Positions 50,408-61,659 of a stretch of 64,000 nucleotides of DNA are shown here, one piece after another (the first letter of the stretch is position 1; every line of letters starts with the position of its first letter). The notes under the pieces were generated by a model that saw nothing but the letters and a program-made list of their open reading frames with translations, had not been told where the DNA came from and ran no database searches. The position numbers and the translations under genes were made by a program. Origin of the DNA: Desulfomonilia bacterium (GTDB lineage: Bacteria > Desulfobacterota > Desulfomonilia > UBA1062); NCBI GenBank assembly GCA_963664325.2, contig CAXXDQ010000003.1, positions 608,001 through 672,000 of the forward strand, in the 5' to 3' direction.

Positions 50408-52249
50408 TTATATTCCGGCGGCACCCAGAAGCATTTTCATGATGCTGTTCCATGTTTTCTGGGGATCGGGGATCTGTTCGGGCTCTATCATCTCTGAGGA
50501 CATCTTAATATCAGGCGTTTCATTCCCTGTACCACTTGCATTTTTAAGGTTGAACAGCAGTCTCTTGGGCGTGGCCTTTTCAGTTGACCACGTTGTCCAG
50601 TTCGCAAGATCAGCTCCGTTAGGATCACCGGAATGAACGAAGTTGGCGTAATACTTTCTCATGTATGCAGATAGAGCCAAGGCTCCCGGCAGGTTCTTCT
50701 TGTTCCAGGCGAAAAACGCCAGACTTGTCTTGTCGGTAATGAAATTGCCGAACACGAACGGCAGGTCCATTGCATGACCTGCGCCGATAAAGAAGTCAAA
50801 CGGCTCCGGCTCTTCATCCCACATGAATTTGTAGACCCAGACATTGTCCTGCCATTTCTTTAATGCGGTTACCGTCTGGTCGACGCCGAACCCTTCCATG
50901 TACAGCTGGCCGATTGTGGTTACTGGGCCGTAAAGCGCCAGTATCGGGTACGAGACCGGATCGATGAGCTTGTTCAGGTCGAAATTCGGATTGTCCGGAT
51001 CATATGCCTGGGTTGAATCCCATAGTCTCTTCGGGTTGAAAACCAGCTGGGATATAAGAAGCCTCAGCTCTTCTTTCGTGCAGCCTATGATTACCGGCAC
51101 CTTGTGGTAAAACCCTTTTTTTATGCAGTCTATCGGTGCCTCGGGAACAACATGGCCGTCCTCGTAAACGCCCATCATGGCGTCAGCTACGGTTATGCTG
51201 TCCATCGGGAGTGTAAACGGTCCGCAGTTGTCGGCTGGATATATTTCTTCTATAGTCTTCGAGCGGAGATAACCGGCTATCCATTCATTTGATTTGTCTT
51301 TCAGGAAATCGCTTACCCCTGATTTTTCTGCGAGCCCGTCCTGGACAATGAGCCTTTCCAGCATCATCCCGGCTTTCTTTTCGGCGCTTTCCACCGGGCA
51401 GGAATTACTGAACCCGCTGTGTATTATCGCCTTTTGAAATAGACCTTCGGCGAGTGGTGATACCATCATGGTGAGTGTATTGATGCCGCCTGCGGACTGG
51501 CCGGAAATTGTTACATTGTCAGGGTCTCCGCCGAATGCGGCTATATTCTGTTTTATCCATTTGAGCGACTGGATAATATCCAGCGTGCCGTAATTGCCCG
51601 AGTCATCAAGCTTGTCGCCCGTAAGGAGGGCGGGGTGCCTGAACCATCCGAGATAGCCGATCCTGTAGTTCACAGTCACGAAAACGAAATTGCCGTCTGA
51701 CGAAACCCTGGCGCCGTCATATATGCTCACATCGGACCTGCCGATTATGTTGCCGCCGCCGTATATGAAAACATAAACCGGGAGTTTGGTCTCTTTGGTA
51801 TCCGGTCTCCATATATTAAGAAACAGGCAATCTTCGCTGCCGGTAACCTTGCCGTCGCCGATAATATCAGAGAGCGTATCAGCACCTGTCTCGGAGAGGA
51901 AGTTGCCGTACTGGGTGCAGAAGCTGCAGAATTTTGTGGCGTCCCTTATCCCGTCCCATGGTTCGGGTTCCTGAGGAGCCCTCCATCTTAGGTCTCCGAC
52001 AGGCGGCTTTGCAAAAGGTATTCCCAGCCATGCAAGGGTATTGTGTTCGGCCGTTTTGCCCCTTAAAATCCCCTGGCCTACTGTGACCTCAAGAGATGAA
52101 CCAACAAGTGCGGGATTGTTCGAAGTGTCCTCTGTTGAACTCCGGGGTGTGCCTCCGTCGTCACCGCCAGATGAGGTTGAACAGCCTGAAGCTGCACAAA
52201 GAAGGAAAATTAACGAATATACGAAAAACAGTCTCAAGCTTTTTTCCAT
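50408..52249 (-). CDS. Type-B carboxylesterase, predicted lipoprotein
   Basis: Lipobox ASGC after ATG 52249; GIPFAKPP, SEDCLFLN, FGGDPDNVTISGQSAG, HAMDLPFVFG. Confidence 0.92.
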   Translation of the reverse strand: MEKSLRLFFVYSLIFLLCAASGCSTSSGGDDGGTPRSSTEDTSNNPALVGSSLEVTVGQGILRGKTAEHNTLAWLGIPFAKPPVGDLRWRAPQEPEPWDGIRDATKFCSFCTQYGNFLSETGADTLSDIIGDGKVTGSEDCLFLNIWRPDTKETKLPVYVFIYGGGNIIGRSDVSIYDGARVSSDGNFVFVTVNYRIGYLGWFRHPALLTGDKLDDSGNYGTLDIIQSLKWIKQNIAAFGGDPDNVTISGQSAGGINTLTMMVSPLAEGLFQKAIIHSGFSNSCPVESAEKKAGMMLERLIVQDGLAEKSGVSDFLKDKSNEWIAGYLRSKTIEEIYPADNCGPFTLPMDSITVADAMMGVYEDGHVVPEAPIDCIKKGFYHKVPVIIGCTKEELRLLISQLVFNPKRLWDSTQAYDPDNPNFDLNKLIDPVSYPILALYGPVTTIGQLYMEGFGVDQTVTALKKWQDNVWVYKFMWDEEPEPFDFFIGAGHAMDLPFVFGNFITDKTSLAFFAWNKKNLPGALALSAYMRKYYANFVHSGDPNGADLANWTTWSTEKATPKRLLFNLKNASGTGNETPDIKMSSEMIEPEQIPDPQKTWNSIMKMLLGAAGI

Positions 52250-52432
52250 GGCGTTCCCCCATAGTTTATTCAATAATCCTCGCCAACATTGAATCAATGT
52301 AGTAATTAAAAAAATAATACTGAAATGGACAAGGTCAAGTATCCGGGAACCGATTATGGTCCTGTATGGTTGATGATTGAACAGGGAAAGGATAGAGAGA
52401 CTGATATTCAGCATATATTCCGGAGGAGCTAT

Positions 52433-54091
52433 ATGAAAAGCGACAATATGAAATCGGGCATTGAAAAGGCGCCCCACCGCTCGCTTTTGAAGGCAATCGG
52501 GCTTACGGATGAAGAGATTGCAAGGCCTTTTGTAGGGATAGTGAATTCAGCAAACGAGATCGTTCCGGGACATATTCATTTGAACCAGATAGCCTCGGCA
52601 GCAAAGGCTGGCGTGAGGATGGCCGGGGGCACGCCTCTTGAGTTTTCGGTAATAGGGATATGCGACGGGCTGGCCATGCATCACGATGGGATGCATTATT
52701 CTCTGCCTTCAAGGGAAATGATTGCTGATTCGATTGAAATAATGGCCAGAGCCCATCCTTTTGATGCCCTGGTGTTTATCCCGAACTGCGACAAGATTAT
52801 TCCCGGCATGCTTATGGCCTGTCTCAGGCTTAACCTTCCCTCGGTCTTTATTTCCGGCGGTCCCATGCTCGCAGGTGTACTGGGCGGAAAATCCGCAGAC
52901 CTGATAAGCATATTCGAAGCAGTCGGCAGGGTTAGATCAGGAACAATGACAAAGATGGAGCTTGCCGAACTAGAAGAAGCAGCCTGTCCGACCTGCGGTT
53001 CATGCTCGGGTATGTTCACGGCGAATTCGATGAATTGCCTGACGGAAGCGATCGGGCTCGGGCTTCCCGGAAACGGGACCATACCGGCTGTTTATTCGGA
53101 AAGGATACGGCTTGCCAAAAAGGCCGGAATGGCCGTAATGCAGCTTTTTGAAAAAGATATCAAGCCAAGGGACATAGCTTCACGCGAGGCCTTTTTAAAC
53201 GCAATTGCCGTGGATGTCTCTCTAGGCTGTTCTACAAATACGGTCCTTCATGTGCCTGCGGTTGCCTATGAAGCAGGGGTGGATCTCGAACTCGCCGACT
53301 TTGACAATATGAGCCTCAAGATTCCGCATATATGCAGCATGTCACCGGCAGGTCCTCATCATCTGGAAGACCTGTACAGGGCCGGCGGTGTACAGGGCGT
53401 GCTAAAGCGGCTGGCCGGACTCAAGGTGCTTGACCTCAAGGTGATGACGGCAACCGCAAAGACGCTTAAGGAAAATCTGAAAAAAGCCCGCATAACGGAT
53501 GAAGATGTCATAAGGCCGATAAAAAAGGCCTATCACAAGGAGGGAGGCATTGCGATTCTGAAGGGCTCGCTTGCCCCTGACGGAGCTGTTGTCAAACAGT
53601 CCGGTGTCGCGCCAGAGATGATGAAAAGGAAAGGCCCGGCAAGGGTTTTCGATTCGGAGAACGAGGCCTCCAGGGCAATCCTTGGTAAAAAAATTAAAAA
53701 GGGTGATGTCATTATTATCCGCTATGAAGGGCCTAAAGGCGGCCCGGGCATGCGTGAAATGCTATCGCCAACTGCAGATATCATGGGCATGGGTCTCGGC
53801 AATGACGTAGCGCTGATCACGGACGGGCGCTTCAGCGGAGGCACCAGAGGTGCCGCAATCGGCCATGTCTCGCCGGAGGCTGCTCTAGGGGGGGCTATTG
53901 CATTAGTCAAGGAGGGGGATATTATTTCAATAGACATACCCAAACGAAGGCTGGATCTGCTTGTCCCGGAAAAGGAACTGGATAAGAGGAAACTTGGATT
54001 CAGTCCCAAAAAGAAGAAGCTTGCCGGTATCCTGAAACGCTATGCCGATATGAGCCTTTCTGCAGACAAGGGTGCGAGGTATAAGGATTAA
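52433..54091 (+). CDS. ilvD: Dihydroxy-acid dehydratase
   Basis: [42 protein letters not shown]; GGAGG RBS before ATG 52433. Confidence 0.98.
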   Translation: MKSDNMKSGIEKAPHRSLLKAIGLTDEEIARPFVGIVNSANEIVPGHIHLNQIASAAKAGVRMAGGTPLEFSVIGICDGLAMHHDGMHYSLPSREMIADSIEIMARAHPFDALVFIPNCDKIIPGMLMACLRLNLPSVFISGGPMLAGVLGGKSADLISIFEAVGRVRSGTMTKMELAELEEAACPTCGSCSGMFTANSMNCLTEAIGLGLPGNGTIPAVYSERIRLAKKAGMAVMQLFEKDIKPRDIASREAFLNAIAVDVSLGCSTNTVLHVPAVAYEAGVDLELADFDNMSLKIPHICSMSPAGPHHLEDLYRAGGVQGVLKRLAGLKVLDLKVMTATAKTLKENLKKARITDEDVIRPIKKAYHKEGGIAILKGSLAPDGAVVKQSGVAPEMMKRKGPARVFDSENEASRAILGKKIKKGDVIIIRYEGPKGGPGMREMLSPTADIMGMGLGNDVALITDGRFSGGTRGAAIGHVSPEAALGGAIALVKEGDIISIDIPKRRLDLLVPEKELDKRKLGFSPKKKKLAGILKRYADMSLSADKGARYKD

Positions 54092-54094
54092 AAG

Positions 54095-54255
54095 GCAGCT
54101 GATAAGCTTGAAGCCGGTAAGCTGATAAGCAAGAATAAGGATTAAATGAGGCTTATAAGCCTGAAGCTGTTAAGCTGATATGCGAAAACATAAACGGTTT
54201 TGTCTTTGCTCATTAACTCAACAGCTTAATAGCTTACCAGCTTACTAACAGCTGA
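54095..54255. repeat. 8-nt periodic repeats (AAGCTGAT-like) in inverted arms
   Basis: aagcttg/aagccggt/aagctgat..aagcctg/aagctgtt/aagctgat versus cagcttaa/tagcttac/cagcttac. Confidence 0.75.
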
Positions 54256-54265
54256 TCGAGGGATC

Positions 54266-55282
54266 ATGAAAGAGGCAAGGTTCTGGACAAAAAGAGATGA
54301 CGGTGCTGTTCGCTGCTCGCTCTGTCCTCATAACTGCATCATCAAGGAAGGGGCAAGGGGCATATGCGGGGTGCGCGAAAACAGGGGCGGGGTTCTGTAT
54401 TCGCTCGTCTGGGGGAAGGCGATCGCAGCAAGCATTGACCCGATTGAAAAAAAACCCTTATTCCATGTGCTTCCCGGCTCAAAGGCATTCTCAATTGCAG
54501 CAGTGGGCTGCAATCTTAAATGCTCGTTCTGCCAGAACAGCGACATTTCCCAATACCCGGCCGAGACCGGTAAGATAACAGGCCGGGAAATGCCGCCCGA
54601 AACCGTAGTAAAAGAGGCGGCGGAACATTGTTGCGAGTGCATCTCGTACACCTACACAGAGCCAACGGTTTTCATGGAGTATGTCCTCGACATATCCAGG
54701 CTGGCAAGAGAGAAGGGCATACTAAACACCATTGTCACGAACGGCTTCACATCTGTGGATGTAATAAAATCAGAATTTCCGGGCCTGATGGATGCTGCAA
54801 ATATTGACCTGAAGGCGTTCACCGACCGTTTTTACCGCAAGCTTTGCAAAGCGAGGCTGGCCCCTGTCCTTGATGCGGTAAAGGCTTATCATGACTCAGG
54901 CGTCTGGATCGAGATCACCACGCTTCTCATCCCGGGGGAGAACGACAGCGCCGAAGAGGTTCGTGACATCGCCAGATTTATCAAATCCCTCAGCGCGGAC
55001 ATCCCCTGGCACATAAGCCGATACTACCCTCGATACCGCTATGACAAGGCACCTTCCACGCCGCCTGCTTCCCTGGAAAAGGCCAGGGAGGCAGGCCTGG
55101 CCGAAGGGCTTAATTACGTCTACACGGGCAACGTCCCGGGCACTGCAAGCGAAAACACCTATTGTCCTTCATGCGGGAATATAGTCCTGAGGCGGATGGG
55201 CTTTTCTGTCCTCGAAAACAGGCTCAAGGGCAATCTCTGTTCAAACTGCAGGAACGAAATAGCAGGAAGGTTTAAGAAGTAG
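54266..55282 (+). CDS. amrS: AmmeMemoRadiSam system radical SAM enzyme
   Basis: CSLCPHNC..GICGVR, DPIEKKPLFH, GCNLKCSFCQN, YTYTEP, YVYTGN. Confidence 0.92.
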   Translation: MKEARFWTKRDDGAVRCSLCPHNCIIKEGARGICGVRENRGGVLYSLVWGKAIAASIDPIEKKPLFHVLPGSKAFSIAAVGCNLKCSFCQNSDISQYPAETGKITGREMPPETVVKEAAEHCCECISYTYTEPTVFMEYVLDISRLAREKGILNTIVTNGFTSVDVIKSEFPGLMDAANIDLKAFTDRFYRKLCKARLAPVLDAVKAYHDSGVWIEITTLLIPGENDSAEEVRDIARFIKSLSADIPWHISRYYPRYRYDKAPSTPPASLEKAREAGLAEGLNYVYTGNVPGTASENTYCPSCGNIVLRRMGFSVLENRLKGNLCSNCRNEIAGRFKK

Positions 55283-55535
55283 TTTTAATGGAAAAGGCAT
55301 AGATATCCATGAATGCGGGATCAGGTTTAAGGTCTGCTTATATATTGAGCCTGCAATTCAACAGGTTTTATAAAAAGTGACGCTTCTTGAAAATTATTAT
55401 AAAATAATTAAACCGCAAGGGGTTTTCAGCAGTGAGCACTGAAGTATTTACAACAGGTTTTTTTTAGGTTTTACTCACCAATTATAGCTATCAGCTCATC
55501 ACTGTTACTGATAACAAAAAGGGAAGGCTTGGAAG

Positions 55536-56876
55536 ATGTCAAAATCCGATACAGATAACGAAAAATTCAGAACAGGCTGGGAGATGCTTAAGGGCAAAGA
55601 AAAGAAAATAGAAGCCTATTGCCGGGGCTATATGGATTTCCTGTCCAGGGCCAAGACAGAACGCGAGGCTGTGCAGTTTGTCTCGTCAAAACCTTCTGAC
55701 GGCATCATTGCATTTGAAAACAGGGGCAGGTCGATTGCCCTGTGTAAAAAAGGCAAGGCCCCGATGTCTTCGGGGGTGAGAATCATAGCTGCTCATATCG
55801 ACAGTCCGAGGCTTGACCTGAAGGCAAGGCCCCTGTACGAGGACACCGGCATAGCCCTGCTGAAAACACACTACTACGGCGGGATAAAAAAATATCAGTG
55901 GCTTGCCAGGCCACTTGCCCTTCACGGAATAATTGCAAAGTCCGGCGGAAGAACAGTGGAGATAACAATAGGCGAAAATGGGGATGAGCCGTGTTTCGCC
56001 ATCGATGACCTGCTGCCTCATCTTTCATACAAGGTTCATAACGATAAAAAAGTTGCAGACGCCTTTCAGGGTGAAAAGCTCAATATCATCATCGGCTCAA
56101 TTCCTGATTTAAAAATTAGGGATGGAGGGGTTAAGAAAAATATCCTTTCCCTCCTGAAAGCGAAATACGGCATCACAGAGGAAGACTTTGTTTCAGCTGA
56201 TATCGAGATAGTGCCTGCAGGGCCGGCACGTGAAGTTGGCCTTGACCGGTCGATGATCGGCGGTTACGGCCAGGATGACAGGATTTGCGCCTGGGCGGCA
56301 TTTGCAGCTGTCAACACTTCAGGCAAACTCCCGTTCACCTCCATCGTATTGCTTGCAGACAAAGAGGAAACGGGCAATGAGGGAAACACAGGCATAAAGA
56401 GCCATTTCCTGCAGGAGGTTATCTACGGCCTTTCAGAAAGATTTATGGAACCCCTGGCGCCGGACAGGGTTCTTTACAAAAGCAGGGCGGTTTCCGCAGA
56501 CGTGAATGCCGCTTTCGACCCGGATTATCCCGAAGTGCATGAAAAGGCCAATGCGGCAAAGATGGGTATGGGCGTGTGCCTGACCAAGTTTACCGGCTCG
56601 CGCGGCAAGTCGGGTACAAGCGAGGCCTCCGCGGAATACATTGGCTGGGTTCGCGGTATCCTGAATAAAAGGCGGATTCCATGGCAGACAGGAGAGCTCG
56701 GCCGGGTAGATGAAGGTGGAGGCGGTACCATTGCAAAACACCTTGCTGCATATGGCATGGATGTTGTGGACCTGGGGCCTGCACTGTTGTCAATGCACTC
56801 GCCTTTTGAGCTTGCAAGCAAGGCGGATGCATATTCCGCCTACCTTTCTTATCTTGCATTCCTGGAGGAAAAATGA
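55536..56876 (+). CDS. M18-family aminopeptidase
   Basis: AHIDSPRLD, HYYGGIK, YGQDDR, DKEE, SMHSP. Confidence 0.92.
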   Translation: MSKSDTDNEKFRTGWEMLKGKEKKIEAYCRGYMDFLSRAKTEREAVQFVSSKPSDGIIAFENRGRSIALCKKGKAPMSSGVRIIAAHIDSPRLDLKARPLYEDTGIALLKTHYYGGIKKYQWLARPLALHGIIAKSGGRTVEITIGENGDEPCFAIDDLLPHLSYKVHNDKKVADAFQGEKLNIIIGSIPDLKIRDGGVKKNILSLLKAKYGITEEDFVSADIEIVPAGPAREVGLDRSMIGGYGQDDRICAWAAFAAVNTSGKLPFTSIVLLADKEETGNEGNTGIKSHFLQEVIYGLSERFMEPLAPDRVLYKSRAVSADVNAAFDPDYPEVHEKANAAKMGMGVCLTKFTGSRGKSGTSEASAEYIGWVRGILNKRRIPWQTGELGRVDEGGGGTIAKHLAAYGMDVVDLGPALLSMHSPFELASKADAYSAYLSYLAFLEEK

Positions 56877-57520
56877 AGGAGAATGTTCTTGGTCATACAG
56901 CTTCCCTGCTGGGTGGAGTGATCCACAACCTGAATACCCCGCTTATGTGGATAATGGGGCGCTCGCAGCTCCTTATGGCTAGAAATGATGCCTGGGAAAA
57001 GCTCAAGACCATGTCCGATGAAGATTTCTTCAAGACTAAAGACAAAAACACAAAAGACCTCGACTCGATAAACCAGGGAACGGAAAAGATTGACGCCATT
57101 TTAAAAAACCTCAGCTATAAGGTGCAGATGGCGACCGAAGGGTTCGCGGCAATAGAAATAAGGGAATATCTTGTGAACGAGATGGATTTCATGCTTGCAG
57201 ACATGAGGTTCAAGCATGAAACAAAACTTGAATTGAAGATTGACGATTCAAGGACGTTTTATACAAAACTTGATTACAACGCCCTCTCATGGGCGATGAC
57301 CTCGATCATCGGTATCATCATGGGCTCATCTGAAAAGGGCAGGACCATAAGGGTCGGATTTTCTGGGGACACAATCGTTGTTACCTGCCCTGAAATTATT
57401 TTTAATGAGGAATTAAAAGCTGCAGTAGAGTCCGCCTGTGCCAGCCTCAGGGAGTATTCGGCCGTTTCCGTTTGCGATACGGAAGGCATGACAGTAAGAA
57501 TGAAGCTGAAAGGCGATTGA
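56873..57520 (+). CDS. Histidine-kinase-like protein (HisKA H-box, degenerate ATPase region)
   Basis: [12 protein letters not shown]-box; no clear N/G1/G2 boxes. Confidence 0.6.
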   Translation: MKENVLGHTASLLGGVIHNLNTPLMWIMGRSQLLMARNDAWEKLKTMSDEDFFKTKDKNTKDLDSINQGTEKIDAILKNLSYKVQMATEGFAAIEIREYLVNEMDFMLADMRFKHETKLELKIDDSRTFYTKLDYNALSWAMTSIIGIIMGSSEKGRTIRVGFSGDTIVVTCPEIIFNEELKAAVESACASLREYSAVSVCDTEGMTVRMKLKGD

Positions 57521-57966
57521 TGTCTGGGCAAAAAATCATCTGCCCTCATTGCGGAAAGACCACGGATAGATACCTGAGCCCCTCGCCGACTGTGGATGTG
57601 ATAATAGAGACAGGTGGAGGGATTGTTCTTATAAAAAGAAAGAATCCGCCTCACGGATGGGCGATTCCCGGAGGGTTCGTGGATTACGGAGAAAGCGTCG
57701 AGCAGGCAGCCATCAGGGAGGCAAAAGAGGAAACAGGCCTTGACGTATGCCTTAGCGGGTTGATCGGCGTGTATTCCGACCCGGCACGGGACCCGCGCTT
57801 TCACACGATCTCGACTGTTTTTACTGCAACCGCAGAAGGCATGCCAGAAGGCCTTGACGATGCTGCGGAGGCGTGTGTTTTCAAGCTTAATGACCTGCCC
57901 GGACCCCTCGCCTTCGATCATGCCAGAATCCTGGCCGATTACGCAGCCCGAAAAAACCGTATGTAA
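57520..57966 (+). CDS. NUDIX hydrolase (ADP-ribose pyrophosphatase-like)
   Basis: [39 protein letters not shown]. Confidence 0.92.
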   Translation: MSGQKIICPHCGKTTDRYLSPSPTVDVIIETGGGIVLIKRKNPPHGWAIPGGFVDYGESVEQAAIREAKEETGLDVCLSGLIGVYSDPARDPRFHTISTVFTATAEGMPEGLDDAAEACVFKLNDLPGPLAFDHARILADYAARKNRM

Positions 57967-58015
57967 AGGAAAAGAGTAGCCTTTGACTATTTAAGAATGA
58001 TGACGGAGTTTATGA

Positions 58016-60570
58016 ATGAAGGAAATCTACCTGATCGATGGCAGTTCCTATATCTACCGGGCGTTTTACGCCATGCGGAACCTGAATAATTCAAAAGGCT
58101 TGCCAACCAACGCCGTCTATATTCTGACAAGGATGCTTATAAAGCTGATCAAGGATAAGGCCCCGGAACACATGGTGTTCGTGCTTGATCCGCGCGGTCC
58201 CACGCACAGACACGAAAAGTACGGGGAATACAAAGCAACCCGGCAGAGGATGCCGGATGCTCTTTCAGTACAGTTTCCCTATATAATGGACGTGGTAAAT
58301 GCTCTCGGGATTCCGATCATACAGATGGAAAAGTGGGAGGCCGATGACATCATAGCGGCGCTGGCCGGAAAACTGTCCGGAGACAACAAGGTAGTGATCA
58401 TCTCAGGTGACAAGGACCTGATGCAGCTTGTAGGCGGCAATGTCGTCATGTGGGATACGCTTAAGGACGTACTTTATGATCCGGCAGGGGTTGAGCAGAA
58501 ATTCGGCGTCAGGCCGGAATACATTGCAGACCTGCTTGCAATCATGGGGGGACAGTTCGGACAACATCCCCGGAGTTCCGGGCATAGGGGAAAAAGGTGC
58601 ACTTGAACTTGTAAAAAAATACGGTCACATCAGCGAAATTATCGAGAAAACGGAGTCGATAAAACCTGAAAAGCTCAGGAAATCTTTCACGGAAAATGTC
58701 GACAAGGCTCTTATGAGCCTTGAGCTTGTCAGGCTTGACCATGATGTGCCTGTTGATCCTGATATGAATGAAATGAGTCTGAAGCCAGGCGATCAGGAAA
58801 GGCTTGCACAGCTCTTTTCCGAGCTCGAATTCAAAGGTCTTATGCCGGAGACCCCGTTGCAGCAGTCAGAACCCGTCCGGGAGATCAGAATTGAACAGGG
58901 GTTTCCGAACGAGTTTAAAGGCGCTGCCGGGCTTTATTCAATTTCCGGCATGGGCAGCTGCCTTTATGACGGGAAAAGGGCATGGACATCTTTTGATGAT
59001 AAGGAGGCGCTGAATATTTTATCCGGTCCGTCGGCTGAGATAATCATCCACGATGCAAAGGAGGCCATTGTAAGGGCGGGGATGAACGGCATGGCTGTAA
59101 AGGCAGGATTTTTTGATGTCATGCTTGCGGCATACTGCATTGACGCCGCAAACAACTCCGTAAGCCTTGAAACTCTTGCCTCTTCAAGGCTGGACAGGAC
59201 AGTACCTTCCATCAAGGACTTTCTCGGTTCAGGTAAGAATGCGCGTCATCCCGGACTTGTCCCTGATGACGAAAAGGCGTCATTCCTTGCCCGCGCACGC
59301 AAGCGCACTTTTTGAACTGAAGCCCGGACTTTCGGCTGACATGAAAGAAGCAGGCGTTGAAAAGCTCTTTAATGAAATAGAGATGCCGCTCACATATGTA
59401 CTGGCCGACATTGAAGGGCTGGGCATGCTCGTCGATAAAGATGTCCTTTCCCATCTGTCCGTAGAGATAACAGAACAGATTGCGCTTACGGAGAATGACA
59501 TATACGGTCTTGCGGGCAAAACCTTCAACATCAATTCACCGATGCAGCTTTCAAAGATACTCTTCGAGGAACTGGGTCTGCCTGTCGTCAAAAAGACAAA
59601 AACAGGGGCGTCAACCGACAGCGCGGTTCTGGAAACGCTTGCATCTAAGCACGATCTGCCCGCCAAGATCCTGGAGTACAGGGGGCTTTTCAAACTCAAG
59701 AACACCTATGTCGATACGCTTCCTAATATGATCGATAAAAAGACCGGCAGGGTGCATACGCGACTGAACCAGGCGGTTGCGGCGACAGGCCGGATTTCAT
59801 CCTCTGACCCCAATCTGCAGAACATACCCATACGTTCCGCCATTGGCAGGAGGATCCGCGAGGCCTTTATCCCGGCTGAAGGCTTTACGCTTCTAAGCGC
59901 GGATTATTCTCAGATCGAGCTGAGAATTCTTGCTCACATCACAAAAGACCCGGCCCTTGTCGAATCATTCATGGCAGACATTGACATACATACGCGTACG
60001 GCTTCGGAGGTGTTCGGTGTTGCGCTGAACGAGGTCACTCCCGACATGAGGCGGTACGCCAAGACCATAAACTTCGGCATCATCTACGGAATGGGGCCGC
60101 ACAAGCTCTCAATCGAGCTGGGCATAAAGCAGTCGGTGGCGAAGCAGTACATTGAAAATTATCTGGCCAAGTATCCCGGAGTCCGGGAGTATATGGAAAA
60201 AATGTCGGAAGCCGCTTCTTCTTCAGGCTATGTGACGACTCTTCTCGGGAGGCGCCGCTCTCTTCCTGAGATCAACTCGCGCAATTTCAGCGAACGAGAG
60301 GGTGCGCGCCGCATGGCGATCAACACCCCGATTCAGGGAACCGCCGCGGACATCATCAAGATCGCCATGATAAACATAAAGAAACGCATCGGGCATATGA
60401 AGTCACGCATGATACTTCAGGTGCACGACGAGCTTTTATTTGAGGCGGCGTTTGATGAACTCGACGGATTAAAAGCCATCGTCAAGCACGAGATGGAAAA
60501 TGCCTTCCCGCTGGATGTGCCGGTAACAGTTGAACTCGGCACCGGCAAAAACTGGGCCGAGGCGCACTGA
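58016..60570 (+). CDS. polA: DNA polymerase I, split by two +1 frameshifts (probable sequence errors at ~58546-58551 and ~59290-59292)
   Basis: IDGSSYIYRAFYA, EADD, GDSSDNIPGVPGIG, TGRISSSDPNLQNIP, DYSQIELR, QVHDEL spread over three frames. Confidence 0.95.
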
Positions 60571-60698
60571 GTAAAAAACCGGGATTAACGCCCGCACCTT
60601 AATAACTTTTAAGCAGAAAAACCAGATAGCCGGGTAACGTGTCTCAAGATTCAACAATTATTAAGACCTGACCTTTCCGGGTTGTGCATGCAGTTGTT

Positions 60699-61470
60699 CT
60701 ACTGTTTATAGTAAGGCATAGCCTGGGGTATGAAGGTCTTAAGGTCATGGATGCGGCGTTCATCAGCCGGATGGGTGGAGAGAAATTCCATGGTGTTTTT
60801 GGATTGCCCGGCCGACATGCGCTCGAAAAATTTGGGGGCTTCACGCGGGTCATAACCGGCTTTGGCCATGAGGATGATGCCGATATGGTCGGCTTCAAGT
60901 TCCTGTGACCTGGAAAACGGCAAGGTCATACCGACGGTTGTGCCCAGGCCGTAACCGAGATTGATGGCCTGGATGGCGGCCGGGCTCTGGTCGGCTATGG
61001 CAATGTTCAGGCCCTGTTGCCCGAGTTGGATCAAGAGCTGTTCGCTCATGCGCTCCCCGCCGTGGCGGGCAATGGCGTGGCCGACCTCGTGCGCCAGTAC
61101 AAACGCCAGGCCGTTATCGTCTTTTGTGTAGGGCAGGATGCCAGTGTAGACCGCCACCTTGCCGCCGGGCAGGGCAAAGGCATTTGCGGTCTTGGGGTCA
61201 TCGATAACCGTGAACTCCCAGGCATAATCCGGACGGTCGGCGGCCTTGGCGATGCGCGTACCCACGCGTTTGACCGTGGCATTTATCTGCGGATCGTGCG
61301 AGACCTTGGCCTTGGCGAGGACGTCCTGATATGATTTGAGCCCCAGCGCGATTTCATCGCTTTCGGGAACAATCAGAAGCTGCGACCGTCCGGTTATCGG
61401 TGCGGTTGCACCACCCCTGGATAATGATTAAAAGGAAAATCATCACAGCAGCTGTTTTCATCTTCTGCAT
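60699..61470 (-). CDS. M48-family Zn metallopeptidase lipoprotein, with one frameshift near the lipobox (~61411)
   Basis: NAFALPGG, HEVGH, ELEAD, STHP; removing one G restores MQKMKTAAVMIFLLIIIQGCATAPITGRSQLL. Confidence 0.88.
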
Positions 61471-61659
61471 GGCAGAAACAGATATCTCCTTTTTGTTTCC
61501 CTGTAAAGAACCTCAGTACATTATGTTTTCTGGATGGCATCCATGGGTCAGTGAGAATTAAAGTCACAGGCATATTGTTTCGATAAAAAAACTGATGGCT
61601 TCGGCTGATTATCCCACATCGGAACTGAAAAACAGGGGAGGCTGCATAATAAAGGAGGC

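Noticed and set aside
58016-60570. Programmed frameshifting or a genuinely split polA
   Set aside because: Both shifts are single extra bases in short runs, removing them restores a normal ~850-aa PolA, and neighbouring genes show the same error type.
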